A stretch of 64,000 nucleotides of DNA, taken from assembly GCF_009914755.1 (NCBI RefSeq), contig NC_060937.1, one strand, 5' to 3'. Positions within the stretch are counted from its first letter, which is position 1; each line of letters opens with the position of its first letter. This stretch comes from the human T2T-CHM13v2.0 reference genome, Homo sapiens. Under the pieces are notes generated by a model. The model was not told the origin of the DNA. It worked only from the letters and a program-made list of their open reading frames with translations, and did not search any database. Made by a program: the position numbers and the translations under genes. Shown here in pieces: positions 1-12,137 of this stretch.

Positions 1-1019
1 CTCTTTGGAATGTGTCTTAAATTTTATAATTACAAAAATTAAAGGTTAACTAGGCAGTAGATGTGGTGGTCTGGCATTGGAAATAATGGCTATCAGCCAT
101 GTGGAGCCCCTACATTTTTGCATCCCTTGTTGTGTATTTATAGATGCCTTCTTAGGGTTGAAATGTTGAGGACAGCTTCTCACATGACTTTCCCAACGTT
201 TGGGAAGGTTTAACAGCTCTTTATTGAAGGAGTTGGGAGTGGGGGTAAGTGAGTGGTAAGTACTAATAGAGAGGATATGGGTTTTGCATTCCTAATCTAG
301 TTACTAGTTTCCTTGCAGTACCATTACAGTGTTACTCTCTGGGCTTTTTGCGAAGAGTGTGGTGTGGATGATCTCCAGCTCTTCTTCCTGTCCTCTCCCC
401 TGGGCCTTTCATTCCTTACTCTCTGCTTTCCTTATCTTGCCAAAGCACTCTTCCTTTAACATTTTCTCCCTCCTGTGTCCCTAGTATTTCCATCTCTGCA
501 CTGCCCCCTAACCTTAACCAGAGTCTGATTCCAGCAATCTCTTCTGCATTTAACAAATTTGCCACCTAGTGTGTTAGATTTCATTTATGTTTCTCTTCCA
601 TCCAATTACTGCAACTCCATACAGAGGTATGACTGGTTTCTGGCTGGATGTACCTTTCTGCTTTTGGGAAAAAAAATGGCAGAATATGTTTTAGTCCTGT
701 GGAGGGTAACAAGCCTATGGGGCTGCAAGGGAAAGGCTTTCCCTCTGGGCTGCAGCTGTTCCTTTCCTACAGTATCCAAAGTCAAACATATCTCACTACA
801 GTGCAGGTGGATTTCCTTCCAAAAACTTCATCTAGTGTGCATGAAAAATTCACATTCAGCCCATAGTGTAACTTCAACCTTTTTTTCTGCCTACCAATAT
901 GGGATACTAGGGACTAATTACACTAAGAGAGGTTTGCCCCATCTTTGCTCTGAGCTGCATCATGAAGCACTATCCGTGAACTGACACTGGATGTTAAGAG
1001 GAAGGACAGCTAAGGGGTA

Positions 1020-1223
1020 GATGTACAGCTTTTAGAATCAGGTTGTCTGGGTGTGAATGCCAGCTTCCCTCTTTCCCAGCTGGCTATCCCAGCCAAGTGA
1101 TCTGACCGCCCTGCATCAACTTTCTCCATCACCTGGAAATAACAATACTTACCCCCACCAATTAAATGAATAGTCCATGTAAAGTACCTGGCATATGGCC
1201 AAGGTTCAATGTTGGTTATTACT
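1020..1223 (+). mobile_element. MIR SINE (degenerate)
   Basis: MIR-like 5' part (agaatcag...ctgggtgtgaatgccagct) and 3' part (aataacaatacttacc...attaaatga...tgtaaagtacctggcatat). Confidence 0.6.
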
Positions 1224-2319
1224 ATGTCATGTGCAAGCCACGTCTATCTAATTACAGGATTTTTCCTTGTGAACAATGAAGTGTGTGGGTGGTGGGAGGG
1301 CAGAGCCTGGCAAGGCAGAGAAAAGTTAAGCACTCCTTTTAGCATGGGGTGTTTTTATCTCAATTGATACGTACTTTAGAAATACAGCGCTCATTTCTCT
1401 GGAGGGACAGGGTGTTAGATGTATAAAAAGCACAGGAAGATGAGTAGTTTTAAAGTAGAAGTGTTTCTTGGATATAAATTGGACCACTTAAAAAGAAACA
1501 ATCAAATCTTTTACTTGCTTTTTAAAAATTTATGCCAGAAGCCATTTAAATCTGCCTGCTTTTAGAAACAGGCTTACAAATCTGTCTTCATTCTAAATTT
1601 TCCCCTGAAGAGCAACAAGGAAAATGTAAATAGTTAAGGGTTTCTTATTCCTTGTGTGTTTTTTTTTTTTTTTCCTGTCAAGAAGACAAGGCCAACACTT
1701 GTTAAATTTCAAATTGGATTTGGAACACAGATTTTGGAACTGTACCTTGGGTTCTGTCAGCTCTCAAAATTTCAAGAGACTACTGGGAGGTAAACATGAA
1801 TTAGATTAGGAGGGCACACCAGTGCTGCCAGACCTGCCCACAGCAGCAGACTTGATTTTGCCCTGCTTTGCCAACATTGGAGAGAAGAAGCTCACTGCTG
1901 CTCTAAGCAGAAATAGACAATAGCAGCTGACAGGAAGGCAAAAGTGTGTATAATGAAGGTGCGGTAGAATATGATGCTCCATTCTAGAAGTTCCAGGAAG
2001 TACCTCTAAGGTTCTTGTAGAACTGTACATGTTAAAGAAGATATTTTAATGCATTGTTTGGAAAACTCTTCTCTAGCCAGTGCTTGTATTTGATACCTCT
2101 TTAGTGATTTTACCCATAGACAGTAGCTTGAGAATTATGAGGTGATGATCTTAAGCTGCTTTCTTTAACTTTCTAACTTCCCTGAGGTAGTACTTTGGCA
2201 GTCTAGGGTGATAATAAATTTTTTCTGGAAATGTATTTCTCCATCTCACTCTATGGACATTGAGAATTGAATGTACATGAAAGGCTCTGGCATAAACTGT
2301 GAAAGGAATCCAGACAAAA

Positions 2320-2533
2320 GAGGCAGAAGAAAGAAAAAGAAAGAAAGAAAGAGAAAGAGGAGAGAGGGAGAGGAAGGAAGGAAGGGAGGAAGGGAGGGAG
2401 GAAGGAAGGAAAGAAAAGAAAAGAAGGAAAGGAAGAAAGAAAGAAGAAAGAAAGAAAGAAAAGGGAGAAAGAGAGGTAGGAAGGAAGGAGTAAAGAAAGT
2501 GAGGGAAGGAAGGAAGGAAGGAAGGAAGGAAGG
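2320..2533 (+). repeat. Polypurine GA-rich low-complexity tract with (GAAG)n/(GAAA)n/(GGGA)n blocks
   Basis: ~210 bp almost entirely A/G on the + strand; explains the spurious K/R/E-rich and F/L/S/P-rich ORFs here. Confidence 0.95.
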
Positions 2534-3029
2534 GGCTGTCCTCTGCCCACTTGCCGAAGGTGCGCTGGCAAGGAGCTCAGAGGTAGTCACAGGATGCTCC
2601 TAACTTGGGAACACAAGTTCAGCACTGGGAAAACAGACCTTTTAATATAGCATAAAGCACTGTTATCCTGAAGAGCTTACTGAATGGAGCTGGATCCAGA
2701 TTTCCAAACTTGAAGAGAAAAAAATACCTTTCAGGAAAGCCAAGAGATCAAATGGCTTTCTTGCACAATATTTGGGCCTCAGATTCTCAGAGAAAATAAA
2801 GAGACTGTGGCACATTTCTTAGCATGGAGGTGAGGTAGAGGCATGTAAGCACAAGCAGCCATTGGTGAACTTGTGCTGTGAGACCACCAAAGAAACAGCT
2901 TAGGAGCTCCAGCTAAACACTTTTCTGATTATGACCCTGAGATCCTTCACTTCTATAACCAATGTGGTCTCAAAGACACAGAAATATATAGGAATATATT
3001 GATCAGCATAATGTATGGTCTCAGAGTCA

Positions 3030-3385
<356 letters not shown>

Positions 3386-4089
3386 GAAAAAGTGTAAAAT
3401 GAATATTTATTTTCTTAATATACCTGAGGTAAGATGGTTGAGATTTATGCTGGGTATACTAAGAATTAAATAACTGATTCCACAGATTCTCTTTGGCTCT
3501 TCTATAGATTTGACGATATGTAAGTGGTTACTATGCAAACGTATTATTCATTTATTTCCCCAACTCTTATTGTGGGCATTCTTTACAGTTTGCTAATTTA
3601 GCCAGGTCCATTGCCTCTCCTTTTCCTGGACATCCATATTAGTGAATAAAGTGGGACAAGTCCATTTCCACAGCCTAAACCAAACTCACATACACATTTA
3701 CACATGTAAACTTCTATGCACACATGGACACATATTCATTCCCATCCCAGTAATTTGGTACATGGGCTGGGAGGCAGGAAATATGGACTCTAGACCTGGC
3801 TCTCTCACTAATAAATTGGATGACTTAACATGTTTGTGATTGTTTTTTCATAGTGGAATGAGTGGGTTTGGAGTACCCAAATACAAGCTTTTTTTTCCCC
3901 AAGAGAATGTAGATAAAAGGGGGTAGAGTGGGAGATGGATAGGCATTTAAGATGTTCTAAGCAACAGAGAAAATAGAAATATAGTCACCTCATAGGAAAC
4001 TTACACATTCAAACCCATGCAGTAACTATAAGTCAAATTATAAAATTTTGGGGCCCTACTATTGATAGACTCTTTCCTTAAAACTCTTC

Positions 4090-5035
4090 ATTTTATAATT
4101 TTTAATTGACACATAATAATTTTACATATTTATGGGGTATAGTGTGATATTTCAATGCATGTATACAATATATAATGATCAGAACATGGTAATTAGTGTT
4201 ATCTATCACATAAAACACTTATAATTTCTTCTGTTCTCTATTTATATGAGATCAATAATTTTGGTTTTCACATATGAGTGAGAATATGCAGTATTTATCT
4301 TTCTGTGCCTGGCTTGTTTCACTTAACATTATGTCTTCCAAGCTCATTCACATTGCCACAAATGACAGGATTGTATAATTTTTTATGGCTGAATAGTATT
4401 CCATCGAGTATATATACTGCTTTTCTTTATCCATTCATCTGTTGGTGGACACTGAGGTTGATTCCATATCTTGGATATTGTGAAATAGTATTGCAGTAAA
4501 CATGGGAGTGCAGATATCTCTTTGATGTACTGACTGCCTTTCCTTTGGATATATACCCAATAGTAGGATTGCTGGATCATATGGTAGCTCTATTTTCAGA
4601 TTTTTGAGGAAACTTCATGCTGTTTCCCATAATTGCTATACTAATCCACAGTCCAATGGACAGGGTATAAGACTTCCCCTTTCTCTGCATCCTTGCCAGC
4701 ATTTGTTATTTTTTGTCTTTTTGATAATGGTCATTCTAACTAGGGAGAGATAATATCTTATTGTGGTTTTGATTTATATTACACGCAAACATTGTCCCAA
4801 TTTGCAAACAATATAATCTTAGAAAACCCTGAAAACTTGATAATTAATGATGTTGCATATTTCTTATATACCTGTTAGCCATTTGTATGTCTTCTTTTGA
4901 AAGATGTCTATTCAGCTCACTTGCCCATTTAAAAAATCAGATTATTTTTATTTTTTGCTATTGAGTTCCTTGTATATTCTGAGTATTAATCTCTTGTTAG
5001 TTGAATAGTCTGAACATATTTTCTCCCTTTCTGCA
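4090..5035 (-). mobile_element. L1MA-type LINE-1, 3' end and end of ORF2
   Basis: Antisense L1 3'UTR (aattgacacataataat...tatggggtatagtg); minus ORF 4383-4580 has ORF2 C-terminal-like WNQPQCPPTDEWIKK. Confidence 0.9.
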
Positions 5036-5245
5036 TTGACTATAGTTAACAATAACTTAATTGTACATTTTAAAATAACTAAGGAGTATAATTGGATTGT
5101 TTGTAACTCAAAGGATAAATGCTTGAGAGGATGGATACCCCATTCTTCATGATATTATTAGTTCACACTGTATGCCTGTATCAAAACATCTCATGTTCCC
5201 CATAAATATATATACCACTGTGTACCCACAAAATTTTTAAAAAGA
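5036..5245 (+). mobile_element. L1MA 3'-terminal fragment
   Basis: gactatagttaacaataacttaattgtacatttt...ggataaatgcttgagaggatggatacccc...gtacccacaaaa is a typical L1MA 3' end. Confidence 0.85.
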
Positions 5246-5769
5246 ACATGGTATGTTTCTACATTAAACCAAGGTATTTTTAACGTTACTCAGTATGAAT
5301 TTGTAATTTTTTTCATGCAGTTGTTCCTTAAGGGTTTAAAAATTATTTTGCTGCTATGGGGGAATTGGATTGTTTTCCATTATATTTTCTGCTTATTGCT
5401 TACATACAAGAAATAAATTGATTTTTGTGTACTTAAAAATGTAGTTGTTTATTTGTTCTGTTTGTCTTTCTTAGGGGGACAAGCGTTAGGTGCTTTTATT
5501 TGGCCATCTTGCTAATGTCGCTTCCCTGATAGAATCTTGCATGTCATGGAATTATAATGCTTAAATAGCCATATTTCTCTTCTATCCATCGGATATTTCA
5601 TTCCCCTCTATAGCTTCCCAAGTCAGCGTATTCATTGTTGGTAGCTCTAATCATTGTAAAATTCATTCTTAAATCGAGATAAAGTCTGCCTATTCTCAAT
5701 TCTTCTCATTATTATTTAAATCCATTCTTTCCAAAACAGAATATGGAATTGTAGGGAACAATAGTGGGT

Positions 5770-6622
5770 GACAAAAATGGATAAAAGATAGCTTCAAAAG
5801 AGAAAATCCAAATAGCAAAGCAAATGAAAACATGCATACCCTCTTAGTCATTAGGAGAATGCAAAATAAAACTGGAATAAATTATCTCTGCACAAACATC
5901 AGAATGGCAAAAACCTAAAAATCTAACAATACCAAGTGTGAGTGGGAATATATGCAACAGGAACTCACATACATTGCTAGTTGCAATGCCAAATAGCACA
6001 AGCACTGTGGAAAGTTGTTTGACAATTTCTGCTAAAGCTAACATATGCTTGTCTTATGATCTAGCAGTTCACACTTAAGTATATGTACACCCAAGACAGA
6101 TAAATATCTATGCCCACAAAAGTATGTGCATGAAAATGTTCATAGCAGTTTTATACACAATAGCCCCAGACTGGAAATAACCCAAATATCCATCAACATG
6201 AGAATTAGTAAATACTAGCTCATTCATACAGTGGAAAACTACACTGTGGTTAAAAAAAAAAAAAACTACTGAAAGACACAACATAAATTAATCTCACTGA
6301 AACTATGTTCAATGAAAAAAACCATCACAAAAGACCTCATACTCTATGATTACATTCATTTGAAGCTCAAGAAGCATTAAAACTCATCAATGATGATACA
6401 ATTCAGAACAGTGGTTATCTCCGTGAGGGTGGAAGATGCCTATAGAATTGGAAAGTGTATGACAGAAACGTATGGGATGCTGGAAGCATTCTGTATCTTG
6501 ATCTGCATAGTGATTATAGAAAGAGATGCATGTGTACAAATCTCTAAGTGTATATTTATTATTAGTGCACCTTCTGCACTAATGTTTATACTTAAATAAA
6601 AATAAATGTAAATAAAACAAAA
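5770..6622 (+). mobile_element. Old L1 (L1MC/L1ME-type) ORF2 end and 3'UTR
   Basis: ttagtcattaggagaatgcaaaataaaac...aataccaagtg...tatgatctagcagttc...aatgttcatagcag motifs ending in an A-rich tail. Confidence 0.8.
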
Positions 6623-6837
6623 ACGATATGAAATATGAAGGAGGGAGGACCAGGTTAGATACGGAGATGAAGATAGGGAGACTCCTATGTGCCTTGGGTC
6701 CAAAACAGGCAAAGAGGGAGCTGGAAATGTCAAACATAACTAAACCAGAACCAACCTAGAACATGCAAATAACATAATGAGTTAGTATATTTCTCTCTAG
6801 TGTTTCACTCTGACTAAAGGATGAAGAAGTTTAGAGT

Positions 6838-7280
6838 TGTGTAAGGCAGGTTCTCTGGGAATAGGCTCTGAGATGGAGATTTATGTGTAGGAGTTTCATT
6901 AGGGAGTGTGCTTAGTAATAACACTGGTAAGGAAGTGAAGGAAGCAGGACTGGCCAGAGGAAGAAATAGAATGGTGACGTGATGCATCTTTAATAGAGGT
7001 CTCAGCTAATTCACTGGGGACCTCTGGAGCTTGGGTGGTCCTTCAGTGTTCTGAATTGAGACAAACGGGCAAAGCCTTTCCACTCTGCAGCTACCATTTA
7101 TGCGATGCGGACTTCCCTGGGAAGGGGTGTAAACTTGGGTAAGGTACTCTCTTTGGTCAAGAGAGTACCCAGAGAGGCAGCCAGCTATGAAGTATCAAGA
7201 GTCAGCCCTCCTGGCAGCTGGGAAAACTATTGCATTAGTCTGAAAGGGACAATCTGACCAATGCACCAGAGTGTCTACCC
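6838..7280 (-). mobile_element. ERVL LTR (LTR16C-like), 3' LTR of provirus
   Basis: Reverse complement matches recalled LTR16C features (ctctgagatggagattt...agggagtgtgct...ggaagcaggactgg...gcagctggg...ctgaaaggg). Confidence 0.8.
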
Positions 7281-9516
7281 CCGGCACCATTTGTTCCTTA
7301 TAGTAAGTTCACCCCATCTGGGACCAGCTGCTCTAGAGCTCAGAATCCTAGATTCTGATTGGTCTCATTTCCTGGGTAAGCCCACAATAAGAAGGTTAGT
7401 GGGATGAGCTACAGACACTAACATTCTACTTGGCTTCAAGGTTATGACTGATTCTCATCATCTCTTTATTGCTAGCCATTCTAGATTATCTCACTGTTGG
7501 CTAGCAGCTATACTGGTCTGGGTGGCTTTCCTTATGGGGCGACTGGGACCCACATCCTTGAGGGATTTGAACCCCCAGCCACCATGCCCATCTCAGACTG
7601 ACTACTTAATGTGCCCATTTACTATTAAAATTAGATGGGAATGTACCAAGACATATCCCTGGGAGCAAATCTATTTTTCCTTGCCCTACTGGAAAATGGA
7701 AGCATAAAGTTCCAAAGTGGTCATATTGGTAAACAAGGCCACTGCTACTTCAGTCTCCTTGGATCCTGGTCCATACACTCTACCTATTGAAGACACGGCA
7801 CCATATAATGTTCCTTTAATTTAGTGTATACTCAGCTTCATCAAAGCTGGCACTCTGTCCTTGCAAGGTGTCATCTTCAGATTGGTGCTTTAGCTTCACC
7901 TTTACAAAGTCATTCCATCATTTTATCCACTTTGCAGTTCCTGAGTGGTGCAGTCTATGACAGGATCAGCGGGTTCCATGTGTTCACAGCTGCATCCCTT
8001 TTGGTGAAAAGTGGGTCTCTTGGACCGAAGTGATGCCTTGCATTATCCCATGTCAGCAGATCAAACATTCTGTAAGTCTTCAGGTTTGGTGCTGATTGGG
8101 ACCCAGAGTGAAGGAAAGGTAAACTCATACCTGTTACTATTCCAACCAAAATAAATCCATGCCCCTTCCAGGGTGGAAGAGGTCAAAAGTAGTCAATTTG
8201 CCAAATGACTGATTTATTCCTTCTAGGGATATTTCTGTATCGGGGTCAGGGTTGATCTATGTTGCTGGCAGTTTGGGTGTTCAGAGTGACAGAAATTTAG
8301 ATCAACCTTATGTGTAGGAGTCTATGCTTTTGGTAGCCTTCTTCTCTGACATCATGGGTACTCAACACATGCACTCATTGTGCCAGAACAGGACGGCTGA
8401 TGACAGAAACCAGCGGACACCAACTGAGTTATTCGGTTTACTTGGTTGTTTGGTGTCTTTTCCATGGGGAATGATCCCAGATGGGTGTTAGAATGCAAGA
8501 CAAGGTCTTTACACCTTGCAACCACTCCCACAGGTACGCCTACATGCCTCTTCCAAGCCCTCATTCTACCTGTGCTTCTCCTTCTAGACTCCCGACCAAC
8601 AAGCCTTTGCTATTCACCAAGCCATTCACCGCAGCCATTCATACACAGTCATAGTCCAGATATTTTTATAGCAGAGCACTTCTCTTTCCTGACAAAGTAG
8701 GTGACCAGGAACACTGCCCATATCTCTGATAACTGGAATGATTTCCCTTCACCTGTGTCTTTCGATGCCATCTGGGAACAGGGCTATATGAGAGCAGCGG
8801 TTTATTTTGACCTTGCACCCAGATACCAAGCCAACCCCTTCTTAAGCCTCTTTCCTTTTCTGTCAGCTGTCCTTAGGGGACCTACATATGTAGCCATAGA
8901 TACAAGTTGAAAGAGAGGCAGTTATTGTAGTAAATAATCTAGGGGTCAGGGTTGCTATACTTATACTCTCTGGCTCTGGCTCAGGTCCAGAAACTGAACA
9001 AGGATCATAGCATTTTATTGAGATATCTGCCTCAGCTTCCTAATCTTTCTCATTGATTTCTGTTGGTTATACAGAATGAACAGTACACTTGCTGGTTGTC
9101 TGTCTACCTTGTCCCGAGGGATTACATGTATTATCAACCAGCGCTCTGTAGGGAAGGCTCCCCTAGTTGCCACTTGACCTTGGCACTTCTAATGATCATT
9201 TTATTCACTTGCTTTTGGCTATTCAGCACCTCCAACTTGCCTCAATTATTTCAATATTCTATTGTCCTTGCCGCTATCAGGGACAGAGTTCTGTGACAGC
9301 ATCACCTATCATCACCCTGGCCTAGAGAACACAGACACCACTGAGCTTCTCGGCAAGACTGGTTTCTTCTGGGTCCTGCCATTGAATATAAAGTCAACTT
9401 GTGGGCTTTTAACTTCTATATAGCATGTAAGCATTTTTTTTCTAATATGCCTACTTCCTTGAGTATTTTGATTCCTTACACCACTGTTTGCCACAACCAT
9501 CTGGTGTTTTTACTTG

Positions 9517-9825
9517 TTTTTTTTTTTTTTTTTTTTTTTTTTTTTGAGACAGTTTCGTTCTTGTTGCCATGGCTGGAGTGCAGTGGCGTGATCTCGGCTC
9601 ACTGCAACCTCCGCGTCCCAGGTTCAAGCAATTCTCCCGCCTCAGCCTCCTAAGTTGCTGGGATTACAGGCATGCACCACTATGCCTGGCTAATTTTTGT
9701 GCTTTTAGTAGAGACGGGGTTTCACCATGTTGGCCAGGCTGGTCTTTAACTCCTGACCTCAGGTGATCCATCCACCTCTGCCTCCCAAAGTGCTGGGATT
9801 ACAGGCGTGAGTCACAACACAGGCT
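9517..9825 (-). mobile_element. Alu (AluSq/Sx-like)
   Basis: Poly-T followed by antisense Alu dimer; TSD-like tggtgtttttactt / tagtgtttctactt. Confidence 0.95.
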
Positions 9826-10429
9826 AGTGTTTCTACTTTATACAGTGTGGACCATCATTTTCCCTAGGCTTTCCAGAGCCAGCCTACTGACATATGGGCA
9901 TTGTCTCGTGAGATCTCTGCCATGGTGTTACATTCTGTGCCCCAGAAGAGTACTCCAGTACATGACTTGATCAGCACTCCCTGGACCCAGTCCCATCTTA
10001 CTCTCCCAGCTCCTGTGGTCTGTGCTTCTTCAGGGTATAGTCCTTTCCCTCCCTTAGGAGGTTCAGCACTTGCACTGTCATCAAAAAGGTTGGTGCTAGC
10101 ATTTAAAGGAAGGAGTGGGCCACTTCTGCAGGCCCAAAGTGCAGAGAATGACCTGGGGTTTCAAAGTTGCTGAGTGCGTTGACCCAGATGTTCAACCCAA
10201 ATTCCACCCTCCTCTTCCTTCCTAATTAAGGCTCTGACCTTGGCATAGCAGACTTGCTGAGGTTGATCATTTAATATTCTCTGGACTCCTGAGGCTGATC
10301 ATCAGCTTTGTTCTGTCCTCTAGCTATAGAGAAGATGAGAGTCTTTTAAAATGTGATAAAGGGGACCCTCTGACTTTTACAACTTACCTTAAATTAGTGA
10401 TTCATCATTCCGATGGGTTTAAACATATC

Positions 10430-10819
10430 AGCAGATTTTGACATCTCGGCCAGCTGTTGTGGCTTACTCCTAACAAATATAACGCTGGTAGTAAATGCTG
10501 CATGATCTCAGAGGCAAATTCATAAAAGGCAATGCAGCTTCCACGTCACTCTCTTTCCCCTCTTGGGACTTTTCCCCCTAAAAATTCAGCTACTGAGGTG
10601 TGATAAATTGAAGCAGTCATGTGAGAGGGCCATGGGTAGGTGTTCTAGCTGAGAGCTAGCATCAACTGCCTGACATGTGAGGGAGCAAGACTTTGCATGA
10701 TTCCAGATTCTAGCATTTAGGCCACCCCGCCTGAGGCTGATTTATGAACAAAATTAATGTTTTGGTTGCTACTAAGTATTGAGTTGGTTTGTTACAGAGC
10801 AATAGATAGCTCTGTAACA
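10430..10819 (+). mobile_element. MaLR LTR (MLT1G/H-like)
   Basis: cataaaaggcaatgcagcttcc...catcaactgcctgacatgtgag...ttggtttgttacagagcaatagata...aca, a typical MLT1 3' end. Confidence 0.7.
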
Positions 10820-10991
10820 TTTTTCCCATCATTTTTCTCCAGCACCTCAGTAGCCCTTAGTAACTGCCACCCAGTTCTGCAGGCTTTATCATTACTATTT
10901 TCCTAGTATCTTTCGAATGCTTGAGATATTATACCAGCTAGCACCTTCTCTTCCACTTGTATCCCTTCCCAGTTCTTCATTAGTGAAAATC

Positions 10992-11569
10992 TTTTTTTTT
11001 TTTTTTTAGAAAAATAGAAAAGTTGACTACTTTGAAAAGGAAACTATGACAAACAAGTATATATTCAGGAAAGGGACTCCTAGAACTTGAGCAACAAAAA
11101 AAAGAGTTCAACCTCAGCACAGTGGAGTCTGCAGTGTCTTTGCAACTACAGAAATGAACTTGTGTTCCTCACATCCTTGAGAGTCGAGATTTGCATTTCT
11201 CTACAGAGCTCGGGCTGAATGAAGCAAAGAGACCTCTGCCACCCCCACTAGCTGGCCCAGTCCTGGAAACGGAAGCAGTCACTTGCGATCTTCCACACTG
11301 TATTCCTGGGTGAGGCCTGGGCGGTCAGGATGAAGTTCTGGTTGAAGTCCCATTGTTTGTTCCCCTTCAAACTTCACTGATCCACAGATCACAACAAGGA
11401 CCGTGGTCTGGCTCATTGTGGCTTCATCATGAACAGGCTGACAGTCTACCACGCTGATTTGGAACTCGCTGGAAGGCAACATTTCAAAAAACTCACTCAA
11501 AGATTCTTGTCCTGAAACAGCATTGCCGTTCCAGACCAGGGTGGCTGTGCCCATGTACAGGCGGGACAG
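10992..11569 (-). pseudogene. NXT1: Processed (retro)pseudogene of NXT1 (NTF2-like export factor 1, p15), 5'-truncated and frameshifted
   Basis: Minus translation [68 protein letters not shown] matches NXT1 from about residue 35; 1-nt insertion near 11366; another frame then gives [31 protein letters not shown] (stop 11248-11250); ~240 nt 3'UTR and a 16-nt poly(A) (T run 10992-11007). Confidence 0.95.
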
Positions 11570-11717
11570 TGCACAGCTATAGCATGTTGCATGCCAAGGG
11601 ACATAAGGACTCCACCTACTGCCAGAAAAAGGATCCTCATTGTCATCTGGGCAGAGAATGACACAGCTCCAAAATCCCACTTTAAATTCTGTTTCCAAGG
11701 ACCACTTGACCACCTTT

Positions 11718-12137
11718 TGACACAGAGTCCCTGGAGATGAGCTTTGTCTGAGAAGAAAATTTGTGTACAGAAAGTTTATTGGCAATCACACTCAGAAACA
11801 AGACACTTAAGAAAATGATGGAATAAAAATTGCGTAGAGATAGAAGCTGACCTGCGATACATACTCAAATTAAATCTTAGTTAATAACATGAAGTTCTCT
11901 GCAGCTGAGATGGCTAATGAGAATTGTTCTAAATTCAGAAGAGGAAGCTTGGCCTTTGACCCTTATATCAACATGGCAAGGGGCATGATCTTGAGTGAGG
12001 CGTCTCCCAGAGGGCAGCCCCCGGAGAAGGGCGCAGGACTAGCCATCAGGAGCCAACACTCCTAGCAGCTGGGTGAACAAACTCCAGAATGGGTCCTGTA
12101 GAGAGGACCTGGGTGATGCACCACAATGCCTGCGACA
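11718..12137 (-). mobile_element. ERVL LTR (LTR16C-like), 5' LTR of provirus
   Basis: Same family motifs as 6838-7280 (aagtttattgg...gcagctgagatggc...gccaacactcctagcagctggg...ctgggtgatgcaccaca), ending in aca. Confidence 0.75.

Larger units (their letters stand above)
7281..11717 (-). mobile_element. Degenerate ERVL internal region (ERV3-16A3/HERV16-like), interrupted by Alu, MaLR LTR and NXT1 retrocopy
   Basis: Lies between two same-orientation LTR16-like LTRs; minus-strand leader (gtggtcc...gggattttggagctg...caatgaggatcc...ggtggag) resembles the recalled ERV3-16A3/HERV16 5' internal sequence; no long ORF remains. Confidence 0.7.

Noticed and set aside
559-984. 141-aa + strand ORF
   Set aside because: Non-ATG start, no recognisable domain, composition typical of random non-coding frames
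2246-2603. K/R/E-rich and F/L/S/P-rich ORFs on both strands
   Set aside because: Translations of the GA-rich simple repeat
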